Positions 13,095 through 25,700 are shown, numbered from the whole stretch's first letter. The stretch: 63,861 nucleotides of DNA, filler included, from Reticulomyxa filosa (GCA_000512085.1; 22 parts of 22 records of this genome joined end to end with filler, not necessarily neighbours in it); one strand, 5' to 3'. A program made the numbers and translations. Notes: generated from the letters alone by a model not told the origin.

Positions 13095-13168
13095 AAAACA
13101 AAATAGATATTTAAAAAAGTACACGATTTGTAGATATTTTTTTAAAAAAAATCTGAATGTTGTTTTTT
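13095..13168 (-). repeat. Subterminal sequence of the Tc1-like element
   Basis: gatttgtagatatttttt…aatgttg matches 32020-32070 next to the TA|CAGTAGGCTGCAAAG TIR. Confidence 0.6.
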
Positions 13169-13268
13169 NNNNNNNNNNNNNNNNNNNNNNNNNNNNNNNN
13201 NNNNNNNNNNNNTTAATTAATTAANNNNNNNNNNNNNNNNNNNNNNNNNNNNNNNNNNNNNNNNNNNN

Positions 13269-14005
13269 TCATTATCCAATTATTCAAGTACATTGGGAAA
13301 TAAAACGTGCAATATTCATGGTACCCTACAAACACACAATTGGAATTGAAAGAAATAGTTTACCAAAAAGTGGTCCATTTCAAGATAATATTATTTCATT
13401 AAAAAAAATAAATTTAATCCATTATTGTATGAATGCGATTTGCATAAACTTAAAATTATTCGCGATACAGTGCAGGTAAAATTGACAAGAAATAATTATT
13501 TGCAGAAATTGTTACACGAATTAATAAAGAATGGTTATTTGAATGATTTGATTTCTAAAAAGATACTATCAACGGGAAAGGATGTAGTCAAACAACAAAT
13601 GAATTATAATGAACAAAATTCAAATGAATTGATATTAAATGATTTGATATTAATAATATTAAATGAATTGAAGATATTGTATCATGATGATATTCATAAA
13701 CAAATGGGATATACACTTCAATTATGGGATATTTGTGCAATTTTATTGTATTGTGGTAAATCATGTAATGTTCAATTCAGTTATGATCAAATAAAATTTA
13801 GACATCATAATTGGCATTATTTGGATTTTAATTTGTATAATGCCATTGATATACTTCATTTACATGAAAGAAGAGAAAAAAGTGAAATGGAATTATATTG
13901 TGATTGAAAAATGTTCGATTGTAGAATATTAAAGAAATAAAATTTGGATTTTTCAAAGTCATGTAAGTACTTCTGATGATATTCAAGTTGCACAAACTAT
14001 ATAAA
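13269..14005 (+). pseudogene. ADP-ribosyltransferase-like (ART) family protein, disrupted
   Basis: HKQMGYTLQLWDICAILLYCGKSCN…ELYC[frameshift]LKNVRL*NIKEIKFGFFKSHVSTSDDIQVAQ shows a YRG-like strand followed by an STS motif, as in R-S-E clade ARTs. Confidence 0.55.
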
Positions 14006-14135
14006 ATAACATTTGAATATTTATAATACAAAATTTGAATATTTGTATTGTTTGTTTGATATTAAGTTCTTTTTTTCTTAAGATTTATGAATACTTAATT
14101 TCACTTTTATCTAATCATGCAAATTATGTAAAAAA

Positions 14136-14366
14136 ATGATTTCAAGTATTCCACAAATTATACAATATAAATGGAAAAAGGCAAACATTGTGCATATTCC
14201 CAAGCCTGACAGAGATCATAATCAGTTCAAGAATCATAGGTCGATATCATTGTTATCAAGTGTTGGTAAATTGATTGAATGGAGATTAATGTGGTGGTTA
14301 AATGATAAGCAATTATTACATCAAACACAAGCAGGATTCCAGTCATGGCATAACAAAGATTATTGA
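14136..14366 (+). mobile_element. Non-LTR retrotransposon (LINE) reverse transcriptase fragment
   Basis: WKKANIVHIPKPDRDHNQFKNHRSISLLSSVGKLIE…LLHQTQAGFQ matches RT domains 0-2 (IPKPGKD…YRPISLLS…QxGF). Confidence 0.9.
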
Positions 14367-15014
14367 GATTGACTGAGACGATCCACAAGGCATTCGATTG
14401 CAATTCAGTGACTTATGCAGGTTATTGGAAAAAAAAATCATTAAAACAACCTTCATCATCGATATTAACTTTTGTGAAAAAATTTGTATTTTGAAGGTGA
14501 AACACTTCGAACATGTCAGATACTTCGACATCTTGAAGTTTTTGAAAGAGATTTTGAAAAGTGAAAGTTGAAATTTTGTGTCAATCAAGAAATTTCGCGC
14601 AACAAGAAAAAGAAATAAATTTTTTAACTACTTTGGAAAAATTTTTTTTAAAGTTTTTTTTAGTATTGTACAATTCGTGTGTCTTCATCACTTTGTTATT
14701 TTTTGTGGCAACTTATTTGTTGCAATTTATTTGTGTAGGGTGGTTGTCGTCGGTCTTCAGCACAAACAAGTAAGGCACGCGAGGTTAAAAGAAAGAGTCT
14801 TTTATTGAGCGAAGCGCTAACAAGAAAGCCTCTTGGCAAGGCTTGCAGGCCAAATCAAAATATAGTCAGTACCATCATTCTTTAGTGAAGTTATCACGTG
14901 GTTNNNNNNNNNNNNNNNNNNNNNNNNNNNNNNNNNNNNNNNNNNNNTTAATTAATTAANNNNNNNNNNNNNNNNNNNNNNNNNNNNNNNNNNNNNNNNN
15001 NNNAAAAAAAAAAA

Positions 15015-15061
<47 letters not shown>

Positions 15062-15074
15062 CATTTATATATAC

Positions 15075-16810
15075 CTTTGTAATTTGTTTTTCAGGTTGTT
15101 CACTACCAATGTATCCCTGATTTTTTTTGATATCATAAAGACGTACAAAAGGAGCGGTCCCTCCTGCCAAAATGTAGTCCCCGTTGGGATGAAATTGGAC
15201 GCTTTTCACAGCAAAGTTTTCTTTGATAATTTGAACCGGTTTCTTTGTATATTGATGGAAATTCCAAAATGTGATATCGCCGTCGTCGTGACAAACACAT
15301 GCACTTGCCGTAAATGGATGGAAGTCCAATTCATTTACAATCTTTTTTTTTTTTTTTTTTTTGTTTGTATGTCTTTGATAATATTTTTTATCTCAAAAAA
15401 AAAAAATAATAATAATAAAATAAACTTTTTGCACGCTAAGTGTACAAAACATAGCCTTTGAATGGTCGAGTTTTGTTTTTTGCGACTTTTTGACGATATC
15501 GGCGGCATGCAGCTTGTCGACGTGATAGATTTTGATAAGGCCATCGGCGCACGCGACGCTGACGAACATGCCGTCGTGTGAGAACACGGTGCCTGTGATC
15601 ATGGCTTTGTGGTTTCCCACAAATTGGCACTCGTACTTTGCAGTCATGGGTCGTCTCACTGTCACGCGTTTCATTGCACTCACTCCTTCTTTGCCTTCAT
15701 TGTTGTCATTGTCTAAAGCATTGGGATTGTCAATATGTTGATTGTCTTCTTTCAAAGGGACTGCCAACGAGGACAACGTCGTCCCTTCTTTCTAGTTTTG
15801 CCAAAGTTGTTTTCATCAAATTCAAATGTTTGTTCTACCCCTCCCTCCCTTCCTTCCTTCCTTCCTTCCTTCCTTTTGAGTTTGCAAAGTTACATTTTTT
15901 TTTTTTTCAAAAGTGCGCAATTGCGTGGTGAAAAAAAAAAAAAATAAATAATAATAATAATAATAAAATAAATAAAAGAATTATACCCCTTGTTTATCTT
16001 GAGCAGTGTGAACGGAATCCTGTTTATTGTCAATCGCCATAGAATCATCACAATGAAATGGCTTTGCTTCATTAATGAAATCATCATCGCCATCAGCATC
16101 ACCATCACCATCATCGTCACCGCCAATGCCATCTTCAGAATCATGACTTTCCGTGGCGGATGGATGATCATCGTCACTTAAGACTGGACTTTGTGCGTCA
16201 TCACCATCACCATCGCCATCGCCATCGCCATCACCATTACCATTGCCATTACCATTATCATTGCCATGGGGGAATTTTCCTTCATGCGCCAATGCGTATT
16301 GGTACATCTCTTTCCAATGCGCTTGCTTTTGCTGCTTTTTTTCTTCTTTCGATATTATTTCGTGCGCCAATTTTAGTGTGTCAAACAACGACCTTTGCTG
16401 CTCTTCTTTCTCATTACTACTCTTCGCTGCTTCTTTTGTGTCTTTGCTTCCGTCCTCCTCTTCGTTGATCTCTGTCGATTTGTATTCATTGTATGAACGC
16501 TTCTGACCCTTTTCTTCGCTGCCGTCTCTATTACTTGGTGTCTCTTTTACATGTGTTGATACAATCGAGGCCAAGTCTTTAAATCCATCGCGCTCAAATT
16601 GCCTTTTTTTTTTTTGTTTGTTTGTTTTGTTGTTGTTGTTTTTTTTTTAAATCTCGAGGATCGAAAACGCACGTTGAAGTCACACAATTTTATTTTTATT
16701 TTTTTATTTCACTTCTTTGTTCAAATACTTAACTCAATTATCAGCTGATATAATTGTTGCTTTTGTTTTTGTGAGACAGTGGATTCATCTGAAGGTTCTG
16801 AGTCGGGCAT
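15075..16810 (-). CDS. CSTF1: Cleavage stimulation factor subunit 1 (CstF-50), WD40; 3'-truncated
   Basis: ATG at 16810. Splicing out intron 16733-16603 gives QQLYQLIIE|QFERDGFKDLASIV (CSTF1 dimerisation motif). Downstream are YECQFVGNHKAMITGTVFSHDG, VNELDFHP and VKSVQFHPNGDYILAGGTAPFVRLYDI. Confidence 0.85.
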
Positions 16811-17013
16811 GAACAACTTGGAAAAGTGAACGTTGCCCCTTGCATACTGTATTAGCTTCTTTCACGGGACAAACGTCAAAAAAAAGCCGTAAAAAGTAGC
16901 TGTCTGTGGGACTTTTGAGAGCCACTTCAGTCTTTAGTGGAGTTTCTTTTTTTTTTTTGTCTCATTCCCGTCGTTCCAAACAAAAAAAGGGAGTTAAAAA
17001 AAAAAAAGCAACC

Positions 17014-17667
17014 ATGTCTCAAGACGTCTCCTTGTCCTCTGCCGCATTATTGAGCTTTTTGATACTTTCGTTTTCTGGTTTTTTATTGTTATTGTTTCTG
17101 ATAACTCATACTCTGTTTCAAGTTTGGTTGCCACCTCTCGATAAGAGCGAGAGAGGAGACAATGAAGAGAAAGAGATGAGTCGATCGGAGAAGATAATGC
17201 TAAGCATATATCTGTTCATCTCATTTGTGATATTATTGTTTTGCTGGCTACTGTCGAACAACTTTTTTGTGTTGTTGCAACTGAGCACATGTCAATTCGA
17301 GTACCCAATCGTGTATATGTTGTGGTACGCCAATCAAGGACTGTTAGCATACATAAGCATGCAGCGTTTAAGCAAGCATATACCGGACAAAAGACAAAGC
17401 AAAAAGTGGACAGAGATGCCAATATGTTTTTTGTTTACGGTTTTGCATTACTGTTTGCAATGATTCTCGTCCTCGTCGTAGGCAATACCAATGTGATCGA
17501 AGTTCACATCAATCACGAACTTCCAATGAGTGTGTGCGCTCTCAATTATCGTCGTCGTCCCAGTCAAAACTACGTGTGGATCCAAATCACTTTGATTATT
17601 ATTGACGCCATTAACATATTGTATCGATGTTTTATATGGTACCTGTTTTATCACCAGCTTTATCAGG
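17014..17667 (+). CDS. Multi-pass membrane protein (GPCR-like), one frameshift near 17370, 3'-truncated
   Basis: At least five hydrophobic helices are spread over the overlapping ORFs 16906-17463 and 17241-17696. A Cys precedes the putative TM3, which ends in QRL. Confidence 0.55.
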
Positions 17668-17674
17668 TATTGTT

Positions 17675-17710
<36 letters not shown>

Positions 17711-18180
17711 NNNNNNNNNNNNNNNNNNNNNNNNNNNNNNNNNNNNNNNNNNNNTTAATTAATTAANNNNNNNNNNNNNNNNNNNNNNNNNNNNNNNNNN
17801 NNNNNNNNNNATCATTTGTTAATATGTTTTAGAGCTGTTTTTGAAAAAGAAAAATAAATTCTCGAGTTCAAAGATTAATAACGTTGTCTCTTTTAAGACT
17901 ATGTAAATTCAATTGTTATTTGTGTTGAAGCTGCTGATTTTTGTTTGTGTGCTGAAATGCATTTGAGTAATCCTAATTTCACATTAGCAACAACAGTATT
18001 AATTGTTTCATTTTTTTTAAACGACAAATTATAAATAAAAATATTGCAGGTGCAAAGCACAAAGATGAAGAGTGGAAGAAAAAAAAGTTCACTTATTTCC
18101 ACACGACAAAGAGCAAATAGAGAAAAAAAAAATTTATTTGAAAGTAATTTGGAATTATTTGAGAGGCGGAAATTCATATG

Positions 18181-19246
18181 TCATTCCAAATATTGACGTA
18201 CTTGTTGCAAGTTATCAAATACACGAATTCCTTGGAATGCATGGTCTCTTATTTCTTTCTTATTAAATCAATTTGATAAGATTGCATTGCCTCCCAATGC
18301 ATTCACTGGTATAATATCTTTGATATAATTGTCTCCAACGTGTACCCATCCTTCATTAAACTCAAAGCATCCAACACGTTTCGCATATCGAACATCTTCG
18401 AATCCTGTTTTTTTGCGCATGCGCTTTTGCTGTCAGCCACAAACTCGAAATAGACGTATAATCTGTAAAACGATTGCAACACATTTTTTCAAACCAATCA
18501 AAAAAAAAAAGAGCAATTGAATTAAAATTTGATTGCAATAAATAAAAAAATAAAAAAGGAATACATTTAACTTACCCAAAATAGATAAACGATAACGTTC
18601 GCTATCGTTGATGATCACTCCCAACTTGTGTTTGATTTTTTGGAATATATCAAAAAATATCAAATCGTCAGGGAACATATAGGACTCCTTGCTTCCAAAC
18701 AGCGCATAGATTTTTGGTGAATTGCGGAGAGTCTTCATCACCATAGTCATATCCTGCACAATCAAACGATTTATGTACACACTTTTTCCACCATGTCTTT
18801 GTTTCCATTACTGGAGCTTCCAATATACCAAAATATGGATGGTTTTGTTTCATTAGTTCATATTCTTCCATATAACCCTTGTACACTTTTTTATTATTAT
18901 TTTTTTTTGTTATTTCTTTATTTTTAATCCAAAAAAAACAAAACTTTTATCATAATCGGGCATTTCTGGCCAATTTCACCAGGATATTATTCAAAAAACA
19001 AAAGTAAGCATACAAACATTTGTTGTTATGATTACAATCCCCTCCCTTTGACTTTTTTTTATACCTTTTTGACACTTATACAATATATGTTTCCGACGTG
19101 AAGCCTGTAGTGGATCACTATAAGTTTGTGAGGAATGTTGCAAGAAGTGAGAGAAGAAGAATTGGAAAACATGCCAGCGCACACTGCACAGTACCTGTTC
19201 CAGTGACATCGAAGGTGATACATTTTAAAAGTTTTTTAAAATTCAT
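18181..19246 (-). pseudogene. HAD-superfamily hydrolase, HDHD3-like; several frameshifts
   Basis: Motif I KCITFDVTGT (ATG 19246), KLGVIINDSER, YFEFVADSKSA..K and motif IV WVHVGDNYIKDY. It ends VFDNLQQVRQYLE*. Confidence 0.75.
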
Positions 19247-21019
19247 TTAAATTTTTTTTTGTTTTCCCTTCTTTTNNNNNNNNNNNNNNNNNNNNNNNNN
19301 NNNNNNNNNNNNNNNNNNNTTAATTAATTAANNNNNNNNNNNNNNNNNNNNNNNNNNNNNNNNNNNNNNNNNNNNTTCTTGCTTTCTTGCTTGCCATCCA
19401 ACAATAGTCGATACCGGAGACAGTTTTGGTAAAGGTAATATAACTCTTGAAGTAATTGGGCCAAAAAATTCAACAAGCCATCTTTGTTCACCAATTATTA
19501 ATTCTCAATGTCGCCTGCAGACTTACGATTACTCTCATCAGCACGTACACGACCAGTTTAGACAAGAGTGACCAAACTAGGTCGTTATGGAAATAGTGCT
19601 AATTTTGTAAACGCAGGACAACAGTCGAAACGCAGAGATTCCATTACTCGTTGGCGTTGGTAGATAGCAGCTGGACACAATCTTTGCGGATAATTATTGG
19701 CGTGGCACAGCGCCAGAGACTTGTGTCTGCATACGTTGATGCCAAACAAGTTTTTTCAAATACGTCGGGCTACCACTGCCAGATATTGCCATATTGGGCG
19801 CGCTATTGGAGGTTAGTCGACGCTCGCGAGTGGCGACTTTGCGCGTTTCCAGACGTAAAGATCAAGTCTATGACTAATTTCAATACAGCTTGCTGACTGA
19901 TTTTTTTTTTTTAACCAAATCAACGCAATACAGACCTGCAATTCTTTTCATTCTCTATATCCTTATCATCCGCTCTCTTCTCTACTTGCTTGCTGGTGTC
20001 TTGTGAATTCCGAACAACTAGATTGAACCACTCTTACATAGGATGATTCACCCAATATAGTGGTTTGCTCGATCGCAACGTCGCTTATTTTCTCACAACT
20101 TTCACGTCCTTTTCTTTATCGTCTTCAACTTCTTCGTCGGTTCAGTCGCTGCAGCTGTTGCTACACCATGATGTCGGTATTGTTTTCACTTTGTGTGCTA
20201 TTACCACCTTCTTTTTTTTTTTTTACTTCTTGGCGGGCTTGCTTTTGTATTCTGGAGGCATCAATGTCTAGCTTGTTTGAGATTATATTCTGTGAAAATC
20301 TTGCCCCAATGTTCCAATTCCATATCGTGATGTTTTCCACCTACAAGTCCATCTGCTCTCGTCGACGTTATGATGATGAACACACTTTGTCTGATCGAAC
20401 GAACACGAGTATTTGCAATGCCGGAGTGTACTATTTGCATTTTCTTCTTTGTCATTTGACGTATTCGCTATCCATCTTTTTTCAGCTTTCTTGAGTGTCA
20501 CCAACATGTCGTCCGTATTCCATCGTCGATCCCGGAGGCAATTCAGTGAAGATAATGAGGGACACACTTTAAAGTTGGATAGTACTCGCTATTGGAAACG
20601 TTCTCATCATCGACATGCGCACATTCGTCTTCTTTGATGATTTGCTGCTCCAATAGTTTTCCGCTGCAATTTGAACTATTTTTTGATAACGTCCGCGCTC
20701 TTTTATTCACTTGCTTCCACTTATTCTTAAGCCCAATCGTTGCCGCCGTTGCGACACCAATGTTGATATCGTTTTTTTTTCTTCTTGGCGAATTTGCTTT
20801 CATAGTCTGGAGGCATACCGTACTATTCTTATTTTCTTCATTACTGTAGTATTCTTTCTTGCTTTTTTGCTTGCAATGGTTCGACTTGATGTTCAATGTC
20901 ACTCGCCCTTCCGCCAATCTACACATTCAAGACTAAAAATTTAAAGTTGCGAACACGCGCACGTACACGACCAGTTCAATGTGAGCGACCAGTCTACGTT
21001 TCTCCATTGTTCCGCGCAC

Positions 21020-21350
21020 AAGTTTTTTATTATTATTTTCTTTTGATTTTTTATTTTTTTTTCTTTTTTTTACTTTTTTTTCTCATTGTCATATTTTTTT
21101 ATTTTAAATTTTTCAACATTTTTTTTTCTTTCTTTATTTATCATTTTCTTCATTTATTATTTTTTTTCACTTATTATTTTTCTTAAAAAAAATTTTACTC
21201 AAAGACTTTCCACCTTTTTTTTTCAACAACTTTTTTCCCATTTATTTTCCATATTCCCATTTATTTTCTTTTACCATCCATTTTTTCACTAACTTTTTTC
21301 AATTTTTCCCATTTTTCACATCACTTTTTTCCACCATATTTTTTCCCCAA
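21020..21350. repeat. T-rich low-complexity tract
   Basis: About 300 nt of almost only T, A and C, with virtually no G. Confidence 0.7.
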
Positions 21351-21745
21351 ATGTTACATATCCCTCTCAATCGAATAGAAATAAAAAACAAAAAAAAATA
21401 AAAAATAAACAAACACTACAATCTTTTCTTTGACTCTTGAACACTATAAATACAACCACAAATTGAAAAATTTTTTTATTTAAAAAAAAAACAAAAACAT
21501 ACATTTGTTGTTGAGCTAAACGCTCAAGTCCAATAATCTATTTTTTTTTTCCTTTTGTAATAGTTAGTGGGGGGACAAATAATTTTGTTTTCGATGGGGG
21601 CATGCCTATTGAAAATCACATGATCATTTGATTAAAAAAAAAAAANNNNNNNNNNNNNNNNNNNNNNNNNNNNNNNNNNNNNNNNNNNNTTAATTAATTA
21701 ANNNNNNNNNNNNNNNNNNNNNNNNNNNNNNNNNNNNNNNNNNNN

Positions 21746-21850
21746 ATCAACCTCCGGGGTCTCTTCCGCTGCAGGTGCCTGCTTGCCGGCGGCCAGCGCA
21801 GACATGGCGCGCAGCTCGCCCAGCAACTGATTGATACCTTGCGTTGACAT
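21746..21850 (-). CDS. fliE: Flagellar hook-basal body protein FliE, 5' fragment (bacterial contig)
   Basis: MSTQGINQLLGELRAMSALAAGKQAPAAEETPEVD, with a GAGGT ribosome-binding site just upstream. It lies directly downstream of fleR, as in fleSR-fliEFG clusters. Confidence 0.75.
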
Positions 21851-21877
21851 GTTGACCTCGTCCGTAACACGGGGCGA

Positions 21878-22467
21878 TCAAACCGACTCGCCGTCCTCTT
21901 CGCGATAGCGCTGCAGCTTGTAGCGCAACGTTCTCTCACTAATGCCCAGCCGCTCGGCGGCCAGTTTCTTTACACCACCGGTCGCCGCCAGTGCTTCCAG
22001 GATATGACGCTTTTCCACCGAACGCATGTCGGTCTCTTGCGGGGCAACCTGGGGCACTTCGGGAACAGGGATGATTTTTGCGGACGGCACAACGTTTAGC
22101 ATCAGATCAGCGGCAGAAACTTCCGCCCCGGCGGCAGAATTGCCGCCCGTTGCATTACATTGTCCAGTTCGCGGATGTTACCTTCCCAACTATAGGCCGT
22201 CAATTCTCGCTCGGCATCGGCACCCAGCACCAGACGGCTTTTTCCCATGGCTTCAGCGTGCTTACGCAGCAATTTTCGTGCCAAAGGCAGGATGTCGTCC
22301 CGTCGCTCGGCCAGACCGGGCAGATTGAGCGGGAAAACATTCAGCCGGAAATACAAATCTTCGCGAAAACGCCCGGCGGCCACTTCGGCCTGTACATCAC
22401 GGTTGCTGGTAGCCAGCACGCGAATATTCAGCTTGATGGTTCGCATGCCACCAACACGTTCCACTTC

Positions 22468-22504
<37 letters not shown>

Positions 22505-23200
22505 GGCAGCGGCATTTCGGTAATTTCGTCCAGCAGGATGGTGCCGCCCTGCGCCTGCTCGAACTTGCCCGGCATGGCGCTGGTGGCGCCGGTAAAAGCA
22601 CCCTTCTCGTGACCGAACAGGGTGGATTCCAGCAGGTTATCCGGAATCGCCGCACAGTTCACTGCCACAAACGGGCCATCCTTGCGCCGCGAGTGCTGAT
22701 GCATGAAGCGCGCCAGCACTTCCTTGCCGGCGCCGCTGGGCCCGGTGATGAGTACGCTGGCGTCGCTGGGCGCGACGCGGCTGGCTACCGAGACGATCTG
22801 CTTCATGGCCGCCGACTCGGCCACCATGGCTTCAGCCGTTACCTCGGGCGCTTCCAGCAGAAAGCGCTCCACCTCGTCGATCAGTCGCTGCGGCTCAAAC
22901 GGTTTCAGCAGGTAATGGCTGGCACCGGCGCGCAATAGCTCGACCGCACGTTCCACCACGCCGTAAGCGGTCATCAGCACGAACGGCAGCCCCGGGTAAC
23001 GGTCCTTGATGTGGGCAAACAGGGTATAGCCGTCCATCGGCTGCATCTGCGCGTCGGACACCACCAACCCCACCGGCTCCTGGCGCAACACCTCCAGCGC
23101 GGCTTCGCCGTCACTGGCCTCCACCACATTGAAACCGGACAACATCAGGGTATCCACCAGCGCTTCGCGCAGGTCGGCATCGTCTTCCACCACCAATACG
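21878..23200 (-). CDS. fleR: Sigma-54-dependent response regulator (FleR/FlrC-like, REC-AAA+-Fis HTH), bacterial; frameshift near 22135
   Basis: REC domain (VVEDD…SD..M…MTAYG…KPF), GPSGAGKE, GAFTGA, LLDEI, FREDLYFRLNV and WEGNIREL. The Fis HTH (AAERLGISERTLRYKL) is in the next frame. The contig is GC-rich and intronless. Confidence 0.9.
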
Positions 23201-24122
23201 NNNNNNNNNNNNNNNNNNNNNNNNNNNNNNNNNNNNNNNNNNNNTTAATTAATTAANNNNNNNNNNNNNNNNNNNNNNNNNNNNNNNNNNNNNNNNNNNN
23301 ATCATCTCTATAAGGTGGCATTTTAGGCTTTTTTATCTTACTGTGTTTTTTAAAAATACGATGAATGTTGTTTTTTCATATAGAAAATCAATCATCTATA
23401 TAATGTGCCACTTTATGTGTCAACTTTATTTTGCATTTTACTGTATTTGTTGGATATCAACTTGTTTGCAATTGATAAAAACTTCAACAGGAGTTAGTAA
23501 ATCAATACAAAATCTTCTAAAGCTATGACCAACTACAATTAAGATAATATCGGAATATTTATTTGAAAAATAGTACATTTGTCAAAATTAAGAATGTTCA
23601 TTGAAAACAATACTAGATCCTAATTGACCTGCAATCGCACACTGACGAAAAAAATGTATACACAAACAAAAATCACACGAACAAAATGAAGAAACTGTAT
23701 ACCCACATAACGGAATGTTGTATTGATGTCAGATACACAGTCAACGCGCTTAAAAGTTCATCACATTCCCCTTTGGAACAATATCAAACACAAACAGCAA
23801 CGTACAGAGTTAAAATTAGTTTGCTACAGAACCACTGCGGTCTTTGCACACTACATCACCATTTTTTTGACAAAGAAGGGTATGTAGTATAACGTACTCT
23901 ACAGTCTTTTTTATTTTAAAAGACACCATTCTTTTACTCTTTTAATTTACTTTCAATTGTAGTACAACTGAAACTCTATTCTTGAACCTGTTTTCCTACA
24001 GTCTCATTGCTTTAATCATTTAAAGTCTTGTAAATAAATTCAAAATGGTATCGGCAGGACCAATTTTACTAGGTGTTAATTTGGTACATAACATCCAATA
24101 TTCGAAAGTAACTGACATAATC

Positions 24123-25476
24123 TCACAAAATGTTTATGAAAAAGAAAATGTTAATTGAATAACCGTCAAAAAGATTAAAATTTTTGAAAGTACTTAAAAT
24201 GTTAACAGAAAAAAAAGGATTATTCGAACAAAAAAGAAAATTAATCATCCTTGTTGTGATATCCAATAATTTTTTTGGCTGTCCATTTGACTTTATCCGT
24301 GGCCTTTGTATTTGTTTTTTTTCAACACGAGTGCGTTCCGTCACCCAGCCCAACCAAGCCCCGAGATCAATGAAAGCTTTGCTTGGATTAAATGTACGAT
24401 TCCATCCAAGTTCGCTGGTGGCATAGTCTTGTGGGAAAACATGATGAAAGTTATGGTGACCTTCTCCAAGGGCTGCAACAATCACCACCGAAGCTTCAGT
24501 GGGCAATATCTCATCGTTGTAGGGTCTTGAAAGTAGAGATTATACAACAACAAAAAAAAGCCAAGTTTTGCTTTGAATTTCGGCAACTACGTACCCTACA
24601 CAAATAAAAAGTTAAATTTGAACCTGTATCCACACCAAGGTAAATGAGCAGCGGAATTGACCAAAAAAGTATGGTGTAACGAGTGGCACCACATTTCGCA
24701 CACGTTAAAAAACAATCCAATTCGCCACGACCCAGAGATCCAATAACCAGTGTACAAAGGAATTAATATACGAAAGACGAATACCAGGTAGGGATAATAA
24801 CGCAATTGAAAGGTCACCACTGGGTCATCTAACAAGTCTTGTACTGGCACTTCTTGCAATGCTTGCTACACTCAAAGATTATAACATAAAAATATTAACA
24901 AAATAATAATAACAAATTATTATTCGCTTTTCCGCAATTAATAAAAATCTTTTTTTTTTTTACGTAACTTTGCATTCTGGTGCTCGTGATTGAAGCAACC
25001 AACCGATATGCGAAAAATAAAATCCACGACTTGCGTTGTGAGGATCACCTGCAGTGTCACTGTGTTTGTGATGAGCGCGGTGGTCACGGCACCAATAAAA
25101 AAGCTCTCCTTGATATGCAATACAATTGAACAGCATGACTATACTTCGATAAACTATATTGGCTTTGTAGCTTCGGTGTGACCATAATCGATGTGCTCCT
25201 GCGGTAATTCCAAATCCTCCGAGTACCTCATAACACAAACCCACCAGAATCAGTTTCACTATTGTAAAACTAAGCCCCAGTCTGTAAAATTCTAACATTG
25301 CAAATGGAATTCCCAAATGCCCTAAGAAAAACATCGTCTTTCCCCATGTTGGTGAAGCATACGTATGAAGATGCATCTTTAATTTCAGCAAAAACAGATA
25401 TAATTACTTTTGTTTTTGCGTGGATTTTTTTCCGTGAAAATCCCTTGACAAAAAATTCACTGAACTTGGTTGACAC
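24123..25476 (-). CDS. Acyl-CoA delta-9 fatty acid desaturase, multi-exon
   Basis: Three His boxes (GITAGAHRLWSH, DHRAHHKHSDTAGDPH, GEGHHNFHHVFPQDY) plus FLVNSAAH. Both termini are approximate. Confidence 0.92.
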
Positions 25477-25700
25477 TCTTAAAAAAAAAGAATATGAACA
25501 CGATCAGCATTTCGTTTCAGTGTTAGAACATTTATACGTGTCGAAATTTTTTTTATAGCAGCCTTGGGGTCTTAAGAACCAATAACCCTTTAAATAATAA
25601 AAAAAAAATTTGTTTTGAACATAAAAAAAAAATCAATCAAACAAGAAAAACAGATCGATGCAAAGTTGTTAAAAATAAAGCAATGAGTAAACAAAGTCCA

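Noticed and set aside
19376-21020. Several overlapping 60-140 aa ORFs on both strands
   Set aside because: No recognisable motifs or consistent exon chain. It is probably a decayed or low-complexity gene that cannot be called.
22078-22938. 286-aa plus-strand ORF
   Set aside because: It is the antisense shadow of the GC-rich fleR gene and has no independent motifs.
21746-23200. Horizontal transfer of bacterial flagellar genes into the eukaryote
   Set aside because: The contig is bounded by spacers on both sides, with no host junction, introns or compositional amelioration.
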